From Candidatus Bathyarchaeota archaeon (GTDB taxonomy: Archaea; Thermoproteota; Bathyarchaeia; Bathyarchaeales; Bathycorpusculaceae), in contig CAVYXJ010000011.1 in NCBI GenBank assembly GCA_963772455.1, positions 64,001 to 128,000 of the forward strand: a stretch of 64,000 bases of DNA. Direction: 5' to 3'. The notes under the pieces are model-generated. The model was not told the origin of the DNA. It saw only the letters and a program-made list of their open reading frames with translations, and made no database searches. Shown here piece after piece: positions 51,367 through 61,085 of the stretch; the stretch's first letter is position 1; every line of letters starts with the position of its first letter. The position numbers were made by a program, and so were the translations under genes.

Positions 51367-51839
51367 CTTACCAAAATTGCTCCATAAAAGAGAAAGTAGA
51401 GAACAATTCCTAAAATTAAAGCAGAAATCCAAGCTGTAATGGTGATACGCATGATTGACTTTCTTTTAAAGCATCCCGTGAACTCTTTACTGAAATGCCA
51501 AGCAGCGACCAGCCAACCACCTAAGAGCATTACTGAAATTCCTGCAATCCCATGAAGAAGGCCGATTATTGATATTAACTCTAGAGGAAACGGAATAATG
51601 TAAGATGGAACTATGGAAATTACAAAAGAAGGAATCATAATTACAAAAATCATTATCAAATGAAGAACAAGTGCAACTGCCATTGTCATTCCATGTTGGC
51701 GAAATTTTAACTTCTTCTTCAACGAGTAACCGTACAGAAGCAGAAACAATACAATAACTTGAATAATCAAACTTGCAGTAGCAATAAGCGCATATGGGTC
51801 AGATAATATAGCCATAACTTCACAGATCAATATTCTCAA
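51363..51839 (-). CDS. DUF420-like membrane protein
   Basis: Four TMs with intramembrane His (QHG..M, LH, LHG). Confidence 0.65.
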   Translation of the reverse strand: MRILICEVMAILSDPYALIATASLIIQVIVLFLLLYGYSLKKKLKFRQHGMTMAVALVLHLIMIFVIMIPSFVISIVPSYIIPFPLELISIIGLLHGIAGISVMLLGGWLVAAWHFSKEFTGCFKRKSIMRITITAWISALILGIVLYFLFYGAILVS

Positions 51840-51951
51840 CCTTCACGTATAAAGTTTCACTTTCACTCAACCCTCTCCAGAACAAAACATTAGTTTGTAC
51901 AATTGCCTTAAAAGCAAAAAGCAATTAACAGAAGGCTTGAAGGCAAAAAGA

Positions 51952-52089
51952 ATGGAACATTGTAGAAATCCCTGGAAAGAAGTCTGCAAAAGCGAAAACA
52001 TCAAACTCTACATTCAAGTAAAAGGCGAAAACCTGCCTATCTGTCAACAATGTTGGAGCAAAATAGCTGACCAAGAGGAGGATTGGTAA
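51952..52089 (+). CDS. 45-aa Zn-finger-like protein
   Basis: CRNPWKEVC ... ICQQCW. Confidence 0.6.
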   Translation: MEHCRNPWKEVCKSENIKLYIQVKGENLPICQQCWSKIADQEEDW

Positions 52090-52090
52090 A

Positions 52091-52330
52091 ATGGAAAACT
52101 TTAGAGCCAATAGTGCAAGAGCATTCATTGGAAGAAACGTTAATCTTCACCTAAAAGACGGAGCAGTAATAATAAATGTGCAATTAACAAAACTATTCAA
52201 AGGTGTAGGAAAAAACAACAATCAAATCGAGTATTCATTGAATGGAAATCACAAGGCTACTCGTGTACCTCTTAAAAACATTGCATGGGCAGAGATGCTT
52301 GATTTAAACATAGTTGAAAACATAGCTTAA
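52091..52330 (+). CDS. Small protein with possible Sm/LSm-like fold
   Basis: IG.NV.LHLKDG..I.NV.L ... RVPL.NIAWA. Confidence 0.5.
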   Translation: MENFRANSARAFIGRNVNLHLKDGAVIINVQLTKLFKGVGKNNNQIEYSLNGNHKATRVPLKNIAWAEMLDLNIVENIA

Positions 52331-52383
52331 AAGAATGAACTATAGATAAAATAAATATACTTCCCGTAATATTTGCTCAGTTT

Positions 52384-52764
52384 ATGCATTGTTCAAACTG
52401 TGGAGTATGTTGTACTGAAACAGAGATGCTGCTTTCTAAAAAAGATATCAAACGCTTGGAGAAGAGTGGTTTCAAGCAAAATCAATTTGTGATATTTGAT
52501 AGGAATGGATACGCTCAAATAAGAAACCTGGAAGGTTACTGTTTTTTTTATGACCGATTAAATCATCAGTGCAGTGTTTACAGTGATCGACCTGCTGGTT
52601 GCAGAGTTTACCCTGTTATTCTTGATGAGGAAACAGGAATAATTTTGGATGATATTTGTGAGTCTAATAAGTCAATTACTCAGTCCGAGAAGAACCTAAA
52701 GGGTAAACGAGTGATTAAGCTTCTTGAGATAATTGATTCTGAAGCGCGTGAAAGGTGCAAGTAG
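52384..52764 (+). CDS. YkgJ-family Cys-cluster protein
   Basis: C..CG.CC, C.F, C.VY..RP.GCR.YP. Confidence 0.9.
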   Translation: MHCSNCGVCCTETEMLLSKKDIKRLEKSGFKQNQFVIFDRNGYAQIRNLEGYCFFYDRLNHQCSVYSDRPAGCRVYPVILDEETGIILDDICESNKSITQSEKNLKGKRVIKLLEIIDSEARERCK

Positions 52765-52771
52765 AAGTTAT

Positions 52772-52948
52772 TTATGATTTCTTTGCAAAATTAGATTGTT
52801 TGCATTGCCAACATTTTACTGCTTTGTTGTTTTGTGCATCTAACTCGCTTCGAGGCATCATGTTTGTTCGTATCAGTTTGCCGCAGGAATCGCAGAAAAA
52901 TTGAACTTCGGCTACTCGTTCATTGTTTTGAAGGAGTTTTATTGGCAA
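52772..52948 (-). CDS. 58-aa zinc-ribbon micro-protein
   Basis: MPIKLLQ...FFCDSCGK...KCWQCKQ; not in ORF track. Confidence 0.55.
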   Translation of the reverse strand: MPIKLLQNNERVAEVQFFCDSCGKLIRTNMMPRSELDAQNNKAVKCWQCKQSNFAKKS

Positions 52949-52951
52949 AAT

Positions 52952-53098
52952 TTACTTTCCTGTCTTAGTTGCTTTTTCTTTTGTCATTAGATACTCGATG
53001 TATTCTTTCATGTTTAAGTTTGCTTCTTTTGATTTTTTTCTTATTTCTTCATGAAGCTTTTCTTTGACTGTTATGCATTTGTATCCTTTTCTTGGCAA
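52952..53098 (-). CDS. 48-aa RHH-like protein
   Basis: MPRKGYKCITVKEKLHEEIRKKSKEANLNMKEYIEYLM; GAAGGAG upstream; not in ORF track. Confidence 0.65.
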   Translation of the reverse strand: MPRKGYKCITVKEKLHEEIRKKSKEANLNMKEYIEYLMTKEKATKTGK

Positions 53099-53222
53099 AA
53101 GAACCGTCTCCTTCCGTACTTTACAGTACTTAGGAATATATAATTAACGGTAAATTAGCGCTGGATATTCTTAAACCTTAAATAAATGTACGTTCGGTTA
53201 CTATCACAGAGGGGAATCGAAG

Positions 53223-53405
53223 ACGCCAAAAAAAGGCTATAAAAGCATCACTGTGAAGACTGAGGTTTACGATTATCTTTTTAAGGAATGGCTCAAAGTC
53301 AAAGATGAATATGCCATAAAAAAAGGCATCCACAGTTTCTCAGCATACATAACCTACCGTCTGGCTCAATTAGTAAACGACGATAAAAAAACCGCCAAAG
53401 AATAG
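53223..53405 (+). CDS. 60-aa RHH-like protein with ACG in the start position
   Basis: (M)PKKGYKSITVKTEVYDYLFKEW...FSAYITYRL; GAGGGG upstream; N-terminus paralogous to the divergent gene. Confidence 0.55.
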   Translation, partial: TPKKGYKSITVKTEVYDYLFKEWLKVKDEYAIKKGIHSFSAYITYRLAQLVNDDKKTAKE

Positions 53406-53465
53406 GTTGGCTAAACCCTACAACTTTAAATAATCCTTAAACTGACTTAGCAAAGGTGAAAAGTT

Positions 53466-54470
53466 ATGCCTTGCTCAGTAATTGTTGGTGCCTTCTGGGG
53501 AGACGAAGGTAAAGGAAAAATAATTTCATATTTAGCTCTTAAAGATAATCTCGATTTCTGTGTTCGAACTGGCTCAGTTAATGCAGCTCATACAGTTTGG
53601 TATGAAGGCAAAAAATATGCTCTACATATGGTTCCAGCAGCTTTTATTAATCCAAAAACTCGTTTGTTAATAGCTGCAGGGGCAAATGTTGATGTTAAAA
53701 CGTTTTTTAGTGAAGTTGAACTTACTCAGGTTGCCTCAAATCGAATTGGGATAGATTTGAATGCTTCTATTATTGAGCAGAAACATGGTGATCAAGACAA
53801 AGCTAGTGCTGTTAACAAAGGAATAGGGACCACTGGTCGAGGTGTTGGACCTGCAATAGAAGAGCGTGTAAGACGCACAGCAAAGTTGGCTAAAGATATT
53901 CCTGAATTAAAACCTTACTTGGCTGACCAAGTTATGGAAGTTAACGATGGGTTGGATGCTGGTAAAAGTGTTTTGCTTGAAGGTACACAAGGGTTTATGC
54001 TATCGCTTTTCTTGGGTGGTGGCTATCCATATGTGACTAGTAGGGATACTGGTGCATCAGCCATTGCTTCGGAAGCTGGTGTTGGACCAACTAGAGTTGA
54101 TGATGTAATTATTGTTTACAAGTCTTTTATGACTCGAGTGGGCGCTGGACCGCTACCTGGCGAAATAACTAAGGAAGAAGCTTTGGAAAGGGGTTGGTTT
54201 GAAGTTGCCGCTGGAACAGGCCGCGATAGACGTTCTGCACCTTTTGACTTTGATTTAGCGAAAAAAACAGCTAAAATAAATGGAGCAACTCAGGGGGCAA
54301 TGACAAAACTTGATTGTATTTATCCATCTTGTAGAAGTGCCCGAAAATATAGTGATTTGCCCAAGGAAGCTAAAGACTTCATAAAAGAGGTTGAAACCAG
54401 AACTGGTGTGCCTATAGTTTTTATTGGCACTGGACCAGATGCCTTAGATTTAATTGATCGTCGGGCATAG
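53466..54470 (+). CDS. purA: Adenylosuccinate synthetase (short archaeal type)
   Basis: WGDEGKGK, NAAHT, GTTG.G.GP, EG.QG, YPYVTS, TRVG.GP, TKLD. Confidence 0.95.
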   Translation: MPCSVIVGAFWGDEGKGKIISYLALKDNLDFCVRTGSVNAAHTVWYEGKKYALHMVPAAFINPKTRLLIAAGANVDVKTFFSEVELTQVASNRIGIDLNASIIEQKHGDQDKASAVNKGIGTTGRGVGPAIEERVRRTAKLAKDIPELKPYLADQVMEVNDGLDAGKSVLLEGTQGFMLSLFLGGGYPYVTSRDTGASAIASEAGVGPTRVDDVIIVYKSFMTRVGAGPLPGEITKEEALERGWFEVAAGTGRDRRSAPFDFDLAKKTAKINGATQGAMTKLDCIYPSCRSARKYSDLPKEAKDFIKEVETRTGVPIVFIGTGPDALDLIDRRA

Positions 54471-54516
54471 CAACTTTTATTTTCTTTATTGTTTATCCAC
54501 ATTCAAGGCAAAGTCC

Positions 54517-55654
54517 ATGTTTAGATTTAAAAATTGCACCAAAGCTTCTGCAAGCATACTGATTTTGCTTTTTGTTGCAGGATTGCTTGTTGGAGGATTA
54601 CTCATATATTATGTATCTTACCGCCAAGTTTCTGGCTTGAATGGACAAATTACAAATCTGCAAACAGCAATCTCTAACTTGGAAGGTCACCAAAACTCCA
54701 CTATTCAAAATATCTCTATATTTCAAAATGGAACTTCGCTTGCAGTTATCTATTCTAATCTTAAGGATTCTGTGGTTCTAGTTCAAGGCGATACTGCTGA
54801 TGGAGGTGTGCAAGGTTCAGGTTTTGTTTATGATTTTGCGGGTCGAATGGTTGTGTTGACTAATTATCATGTTGTTCAGGATACAACTGATTTGAGTGTG
54901 ACTTTTGCTAATGGCAATGGCTATTCTGCAACTGTTTTAGGAGATGATGCGTATTCAGATTTTGCAGTTCTTTCTGTTGATGCTCCCGCTTTCGAGTTTA
55001 AGCCGGTAACAATTGTCAGTTCAGCTTCGTTGCGTGTGGGTGAACCAGTCATCGCCATAGGAAATCCCTACGGGCTAGGTAGGCTCCTTAACTACAGGAG
55101 TTGTCAGTGCTACTGGAAGAACCATAAATGAAGATACAGCTGGTGGATACGCAATTGCAAACATCATTCAGACAAGTACTCCTATAAATCCTGGAAATTC
55201 AGGCGGTCCACTTTTAAATGCTGTTGGGAACGTTGTAGGAATCACTGCAGCGATTGTTTCTGATTCCCAGGGACTTGGATTCGCGATTCCTTCAAACACG
55301 ATTTTAAGAGAAATATCGGCTTTAGTTAGAACAGGTTCATACAATGGGCATTCATATTTGGGCGTCCTAGGAGATGATATGAGTTTTAGTGTAGCAAAAG
55401 AAATGGGCTCAAACGTTACTTATGGGTGGAGAATTGTTACAGTTACAGCCTTGGGTCCCTCAGATGGTAAACTCGCTGTCAACGATATCATCATCGCTAT
55501 GAATGGTCAAACTATTAAAAACAATGAAGACTTAGCTAGTTACTTAGAAGAAAACACTATTCCGGGAGATAAGCTTGTCTTGACTGTTGAGAGAGCAAAA
55601 GAGCAAATTCCCATCACTATAACTTTGGGAACACGTCCGGCAGCTTCCTCATAA
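54517..55654 (+). CDS. htrA: Membrane-anchored HtrA/DegP-like serine protease with PDZ domain (+1 frameshift at about 55078)
   Basis: GSGF, TNYHVV, DFAVL, IGNPYGL / [10 protein letters not shown] in next frame, then PDZ. Confidence 0.88.
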
Positions 55655-55800
55655 AATATTTTTCTTTTATTTTTTGTTTTAACTATCTTCTACATTTTGT
55701 GATCTAATGGAAAAGTAGATTAAGGCAAACTAATGCTGAGTAGCATTGACGCTTCATGTGAGAGGGGATCATATTTGGCGCTTCAAGAGGGGGAACAAGC

Positions 55801-57471
55801 ATGGATAATTTAGAGGGTGTATTAAAAGGACAGAAAATAGCTTATTTCTCTATGGAAGTAGGTTTAACCAGCGAAATTCCCACGTACGCTGGCGGCTTAG
55901 GAACCTTAGCTGGTGACGCAATACGTTCTAGTGCCGATCTAAAACTTCCTCTGGTTGCTGTTACTCTTATTAGTAAAAGGAATTATTTTAGGCAAAAACT
56001 TGATGAGAATGGACGTCAATCTGAGCAGCCAAGAGAGTGGAATCCTGAAAAACTACTCGTACTTTTGCCCAATGAAGTTTTTGTGCAAATTGAAGGCCGT
56101 TCTGTTAAGGTTAAGGCTTGGCTCTACAAGTACAAAAGTGTTACAGGCGGGGTTGTTCCAGTTATCTTTCTTGATACTGACCATGATGGGAATACGCAGG
56201 AAGATCGTGAAATAACATTTTATTTGTATGGTGGAAATGAAAGATATCGACTCAAGCAGGAGGCGATTTTGGGTTTTGGTGGAGTTCGGATTCTTGACGC
56301 TTTAGGTTTTAAGGTTAGAAAGTACCATATGAATGAGGGGCATTCGAGTTTTCTTTCAGTCGAGCTTTTGCGAAAGTTTGCAATGGATATTGAGAAGGTG
56401 CGTGAACTCTGTGTTTTCACAACGCATACGCCTGTTGATGCAGGTCATGATAAATTTAATTATGGTTTGGTAAGTGAAGTTTTGGATACTGTTGATGTTG
56501 CTTTGCTCAAGCAATTTGGCGGGGCTGACGTGTTAAACATGACTTGCCTTGCTTTGAACTTGAGCAACTATGTTAATGGGGTAGCTAAACGTCATCAACA
56601 AATTTCTAGTAAAATGTTTGCAGGCTACGAAATCCATGCTGTAACAAATGGTGTCCATTCGTTTACTTGGACAGGTGAGAGTTATCGAAAAGTTTACGAT
56701 AAGTATTTGCCAGGTTGGGCTATTGAGCCTGAATTGCTAGCCAAAGTCGATATCATTCCTGACTGTGATATTTGGGCTGCTCATGAAGAACAAAAACAGG
56801 ATTTAATTGATTATGCTAATTTAGCGACTGATAGCAGTTTAAGTTCTGATGTGTTTACGTTGGGTTTTGCGAGGCGAGCTACGGAGTATAAAAGGCCGAC
56901 TTTGCTGTTTTCAAACCTTGAGCGGTTAAGAACGATAAGTCAAAAAGGAAAGGTGCAAGCGATATTTGCTGGTAAGGCACATCCCAGGGATGAGGGTGGA
57001 AAAAGGCTTATTGAGCAAATTTACAAGTTTGGAAACCAACTCAAGGGCGATGTTGAAATCGTGTTTTTGGAGGATTATAATATGGATATTGCAGCCAAGA
57101 TGGTTGGAGGAGTTGATGTTTGGCTCAATACACCTCTTCGACCAATGGAGGCTTCTGGAACTAGCGGAATGAAAGCAGCGCACAATGGCGTGATTAACTT
57201 TAGTGTTCTTGATGGTTGGTGGGCTGAAGGCTGGATAGAAAATCTAACAGGTTGGGCAATTGGCTCGCACTCCGCAGAGATCGATATAGCAGAAACTACC
57301 TTAAAGGAAGCTGAAGACCTCTACAACAAACTGGAATATGTTATTACACCAATGTTCTATGATAGACGTGACCAATGGGTAAAACTGATGAAAAACTCCA
57401 TTGGCAAAATTGCATATTACTTTAACAGCCACCGAATGATGCGACGCTACGTTATCGATGCTTACCTCTAA
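55801..57471 (+). CDS. glgP: Alpha-glucan phosphorylase
   Basis: AYFSME.G, GGLG.LAGD, HMNEGH, TNGVH, ARR...YKR, EASGTSGMKA. Confidence 0.95.
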   Translation: MDNLEGVLKGQKIAYFSMEVGLTSEIPTYAGGLGTLAGDAIRSSADLKLPLVAVTLISKRNYFRQKLDENGRQSEQPREWNPEKLLVLLPNEVFVQIEGRSVKVKAWLYKYKSVTGGVVPVIFLDTDHDGNTQEDREITFYLYGGNERYRLKQEAILGFGGVRILDALGFKVRKYHMNEGHSSFLSVELLRKFAMDIEKVRELCVFTTHTPVDAGHDKFNYGLVSEVLDTVDVALLKQFGGADVLNMTCLALNLSNYVNGVAKRHQQISSKMFAGYEIHAVTNGVHSFTWTGESYRKVYDKYLPGWAIEPELLAKVDIIPDCDIWAAHEEQKQDLIDYANLATDSSLSSDVFTLGFARRATEYKRPTLLFSNLERLRTISQKGKVQAIFAGKAHPRDEGGKRLIEQIYKFGNQLKGDVEIVFLEDYNMDIAAKMVGGVDVWLNTPLRPMEASGTSGMKAAHNGVINFSVLDGWWAEGWIENLTGWAIGSHSAEIDIAETTLKEAEDLYNKLEYVITPMFYDRRDQWVKLMKNSIGKIAYYFNSHRMMRRYVIDAYL

Positions 57472-57662
57472 TTTAAATTGTTGCTAAAAACCCTTTAGAC
57501 TTTCCTTCTTTTCTATCGCCTATTAGTTGCACTCTTTAATAATTTTATGAATTAGAATAATGAAAGATAACTAAATGTAACCCTTTTTGAACTTCTACGA
57601 GACTGTGTTACCTATAATCGTTAGTTTTAAGTTTGGGACTGCAAATCTAGTTCTGATCGTTT

Positions 57663-58589
57663 ATGGGTTCTAATGAAGTTGTAATTGAAGCCAAAGGATT
57701 AACCAAAGAATTCGATGGATTAGTGGCAGTGGACCACATTGACTTCAAAGTTTACAAAGGCGAATGCGTGGGTTTCTTGGGTCCGAACGGCGCAGGAAAA
57801 ACAACTACAGTGCGCATGATTTATTGTTTTTCGCCTCTTACCGATGGTGAATTAACTGTCGCAGGATTAAGTGTCAAAACCCATTGTAGAGAAATAAAAA
57901 GTATTGTGGGCGTGGCTCCACAGGAAGACAACTTGGATCCTGATTTCACAGTTATTAAAAATTTGACTGTTTATGCTCGCTATTTTGATATCCCAAAAGA
58001 TATTGCATTAAAAAGAGCTGATGAGCAATTGAAGTTTTTCCAGTTGGAAGAAAAAAGGGATGTCCCCATAATGGCGTTGTCAACAGGCATGAAGCGAAGA
58101 CTTATTTTTGCTAGAGCGCTTTTAAATCAGCCTCAAATTCTTCTTCTGGACGAGCCAACAACGGGTTTAGATCCTCAGGCAAGGCATCTAGTCTGGGACG
58201 AAGTACGTCATCTGAAAAAGAATCAGGTTACTATCATTTTAACAACTCATTATATGGATGAAGCGGAAGTTCTCTGTGATAGAATCCTAATTGTTGACAG
58301 GGGAAAAATCATTGAAGAAGGCACGCCTCCGGAACTTATAAAAAAACACATAGGCGAAGATGTTCTGGAACTGGACTACGATAAAAAACTGTTGGAAACG
58401 CTAAAAGAGACTTTTCCTGACGCTCGCTTCGAAAAACTCGGCGACCGTATGCAAATATTCACTGACAAACCCCATGGCGTCTTTGAAGGTTTTCTAAAAG
58501 ATCACCCTATGCAGAATGTTACGCTTCGCAAAGCCAACATTGAAGATGTTTTCCTAAAATTAACTGGAAGGGGATTGCGGGAAGAATGA
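57663..58589 (+). CDS. ABC-2 exporter ATPase (NodI/DrrA-like)
   Basis: GPNGAGKTT, LS.GMKRR, LDEPT.GLDP, TTHYM.EA. Confidence 0.93.
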   Translation: MGSNEVVIEAKGLTKEFDGLVAVDHIDFKVYKGECVGFLGPNGAGKTTTVRMIYCFSPLTDGELTVAGLSVKTHCREIKSIVGVAPQEDNLDPDFTVIKNLTVYARYFDIPKDIALKRADEQLKFFQLEEKRDVPIMALSTGMKRRLIFARALLNQPQILLLDEPTTGLDPQARHLVWDEVRHLKKNQVTIILTTHYMDEAEVLCDRILIVDRGKIIEEGTPPELIKKHIGEDVLELDYDKKLLETLKETFPDARFEKLGDRMQIFTDKPHGVFEGFLKDHPMQNVTLRKANIEDVFLKLTGRGLREE

Positions 58590-59419
58590 GTAATCCCAAC
58601 ATCCGAAAATCTCCAGCACCCTTTGCGATACCAAGGCTAACTTACAGGGTTTGGAAGGTTTGGCGCCGCAACTTCGATGTCTTCACTAAAACCATAAAAG
58701 TTAACTTTCTACCCTCACTACTCGAACCAATCCTATACCTTTTGGCTTTCGGCTTTGGACTTGGAGGTTTCATCCCCAGCATCCAAGGTCAATCATACAT
58801 AGGTTTTATTGCCCCAGCGCTCGTTGCGATCTCAGTCATGAACGGCTCATTCTTCGAATGCACCTTCGCCTCCTTCGTGCGCATGTACTTCCAAAAAACC
58901 TTCGACGCAATCGTCGCCACACCAGTCAGCGTTGAAGAAGTCGTCGCTGGCGAACTCCTTTGGGGAGCAACAAGAGCAACGTTCAATACGACTATCGTTT
59001 TGGCGGTAGTTGCAGCTTTCGGCTTAATTTCTAGCCCCCTATTCCTACTAGTTATTCCCCTCGCCTTCTTCGGCGGCCTAATGTTTGCTTCCATGGCAAT
59101 GTGCTTTACCTCAGTAGCACCAAACATTGACTTCTTCAATTTCCCCTCATTTCTGTTTCTCACACCAATGTTCTTTTTATGCGGCACATTTTTCCCATTA
59201 ACATCTCTTCCTTCTGCAGCACAGGGAATTGCAATGGCAGTTTTACCGCTAACTCACGTTGTAAATTTAACAAGAGGACTTGTTTCAGGTCATCTTGAAT
59301 CAATTCTTGGATTAAATCCTGCAGCTTTAATTGCCATAAGTTTTGCCTGGATAATCGGAGTAACGTTGCTATTCTTTGTCTTGAGCATTAACTTGATGAA
59401 AAAACGCTTAACAAGCTAA
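58586..59419 (+). CDS. ABC-2 exporter permease (NodJ-like)
   Basis: LEP..YL..FG.GLG, PM.F..G.FFP, PLTH.V. Confidence 0.92.
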   Translation: MSNPNIRKSPAPFAIPRLTYRVWKVWRRNFDVFTKTIKVNFLPSLLEPILYLLAFGFGLGGFIPSIQGQSYIGFIAPALVAISVMNGSFFECTFASFVRMYFQKTFDAIVATPVSVEEVVAGELLWGATRATFNTTIVLAVVAAFGLISSPLFLLVIPLAFFGGLMFASMAMCFTSVAPNIDFFNFPSFLFLTPMFFLCGTFFPLTSLPSAAQGIAMAVLPLTHVVNLTRGLVSGHLESILGLNPAALIAISFAWIIGVTLLFFVLSINLMKKRLTS

Positions 59420-59561
59420 AGCATTATTGTTGATTCAGGAATAATCAACCAAGCTTTCCAATCTAACGTTATTCTTTTTGTTTGCCTCAGCTGCAGGCTC
59501 AAGAGATATTAAAGATTTTTAACTCCTTTGTGCATTTTAAGTCAGTAAAGGATGGCTAATC

Positions 59562-60236
59562 ATGCGTATAGTTGTTCGAATTGGCGGTTCAGTTGTCGCT
59601 TCACCAATCAACACGGAATTAATGGGCAAATACGCCGACATAATCAAAACCATAAAGCAGCACGGACACGAAGTTGCTGTGGTGTTGGGTGGAGGCGCCT
59701 TGGCAAGGGAATTCATCGGCATCGCTAAAAAATTAGACTTAGATATGACGGCACAAGATGAAATTGCCATTTCTTGTTCCCGTTTGTTTGCGCAACTTTT
59801 CCTCAAAAAAATAGGAGAATTAGGCTGCAACAAAGTGGCAATAACGCTTGAAGATGCTTCCCAATGCCTCGCTGAGGGCAAAGTTGTTGTTATGGGAGGT
59901 TTAAAGCCTGGAATTACTACTGACGCGGTTGCGGCAATGGTTGCTGAACGGGTAGAAGCAGATTTGCTTGTTAAAGGCACTGACCAAGATGGCGTTTATG
60001 ACAAAGACCCAAGAAAATATACCGACGCCATAAAACTTGACCGTTTATCAATTGATGATTTAGCAAAAATCTTTGAGGGATCCGTGCATAAAGCGGGGAT
60101 TCACCAAATTATTGATCCTGAAGCTCTCAAAGTTCTAAAGCGCAAGAAGCTTAAGTTGGTTGTCGTGAATGGATTTAAGCCTGAGAACTTGTTGGCTGCG
60201 ATTAATGGAGAGACTGTCGGCACAGTCATAAATTGA
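59562..60236 (+). CDS. pyrH: UMP kinase
   Basis: GGS, GGG..AR, MGG..PG.TTD, DGVY..DP. Confidence 0.93.
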   Translation: MRIVVRIGGSVVASPINTELMGKYADIIKTIKQHGHEVAVVLGGGALAREFIGIAKKLDLDMTAQDEIAISCSRLFAQLFLKKIGELGCNKVAITLEDASQCLAEGKVVVMGGLKPGITTDAVAAMVAERVEADLLVKGTDQDGVYDKDPRKYTDAIKLDRLSIDDLAKIFEGSVHKAGIHQIIDPEALKVLKRKKLKLVVVNGFKPENLLAAINGETVGTVIN

Positions 60237-60386
60237 TAACTACTAAAGCTGACAATCTTTCAGTTTATTGCTAGGGTATACAGAACCAAGTAAAGGCAAA
60301 TTAGCCACTTTTTTAGATTTAACTAGTCCTTATAAGAAGGAAACATTTCCTTGTTAAACTGAAAATTATAGGAAGCGAAAAAAATA

Positions 60387-61085
60387 ATGTCAAAATCAGT
60401 TCCTGTCGTTGAAGCGACTAATGTCACAAAAACTTACATGCTGGGAAAAGTCCCAGTTGAAGCCCTCAGAGGAGTAAACCTCAAAGTAGAAAGCGGAGAC
60501 TTCGTAGCCATCCTTGGCCCATCTGGAAGCGGCAAATCAACAATGCTGAATCTGATTGGAGCCTTAGACAAACCAACTTCAGGCACCCTACTAATCGATG
60601 GCGTGGACATCTCCAAATTAACAGATAATCAACTTGCAGAGATAAGACTGAAAATCGGCTTTGTTTTCCAGTTTTTCAACTTAATTCCAAGATTAACAGC
60701 GAAAGATAACGTGGAATTATCCATGTCAATAGCTAACATGGGTAAAGATGAGAGAAAAAAACACGCAATAGAACTTTTAGAAACCGTCGGCTTGAAAGAC
60801 CGCGTTAACCATAAACCAGCTGAACTTAGCGGTGGACAACAGCAACGCGTGGCAATCGCCCGTGCATTGGCAAACAATCCCAAGTTCCTTTTGCTTGATG
60901 AGCCTACTGGAAACGTGGATTCCAAAACTGCAAGTGAGGTTCTTACTTTAATAAAGAAACTTAATGTTGAGAATAAAGTAAGCATTATCATGGTTACGCA
61001 TGACCAGCATTTAGCTAGGGAAGCTCACAGAACTGTGCAAATGTTTGATGGTGAAATAACATCTGAAGTGGTGAATAAAGAATGA
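60387..61085 (+). CDS. LolD/MacB-type ABC ATPase
   Basis: GPSGSGKST, IGFVFQ.FNL, LSGGQQQRVAIARAL. Confidence 0.93.
   Translation: MSKSVPVVEATNVTKTYMLGKVPVEALRGVNLKVESGDFVAILGPSGSGKSTMLNLIGALDKPTSGTLLIDGVDISKLTDNQLAEIRLKIGFVFQFFNLIPRLTAKDNVELSMSIANMGKDERKKHAIELLETVGLKDRVNHKPAELSGGQQQRVAIARALANNPKFLLLDEPTGNVDSKTASEVLTLIKKLNVENKVSIIMVTHDQHLAREAHRTVQMFDGEITSEVVNKE

Noticed and set aside
13455-55080. Programmed frameshifting or a CTAG-methylation signature at frameshift sites
   Set aside because: CTAG lies at three sites but not the others, and there is no shared slippery sequence
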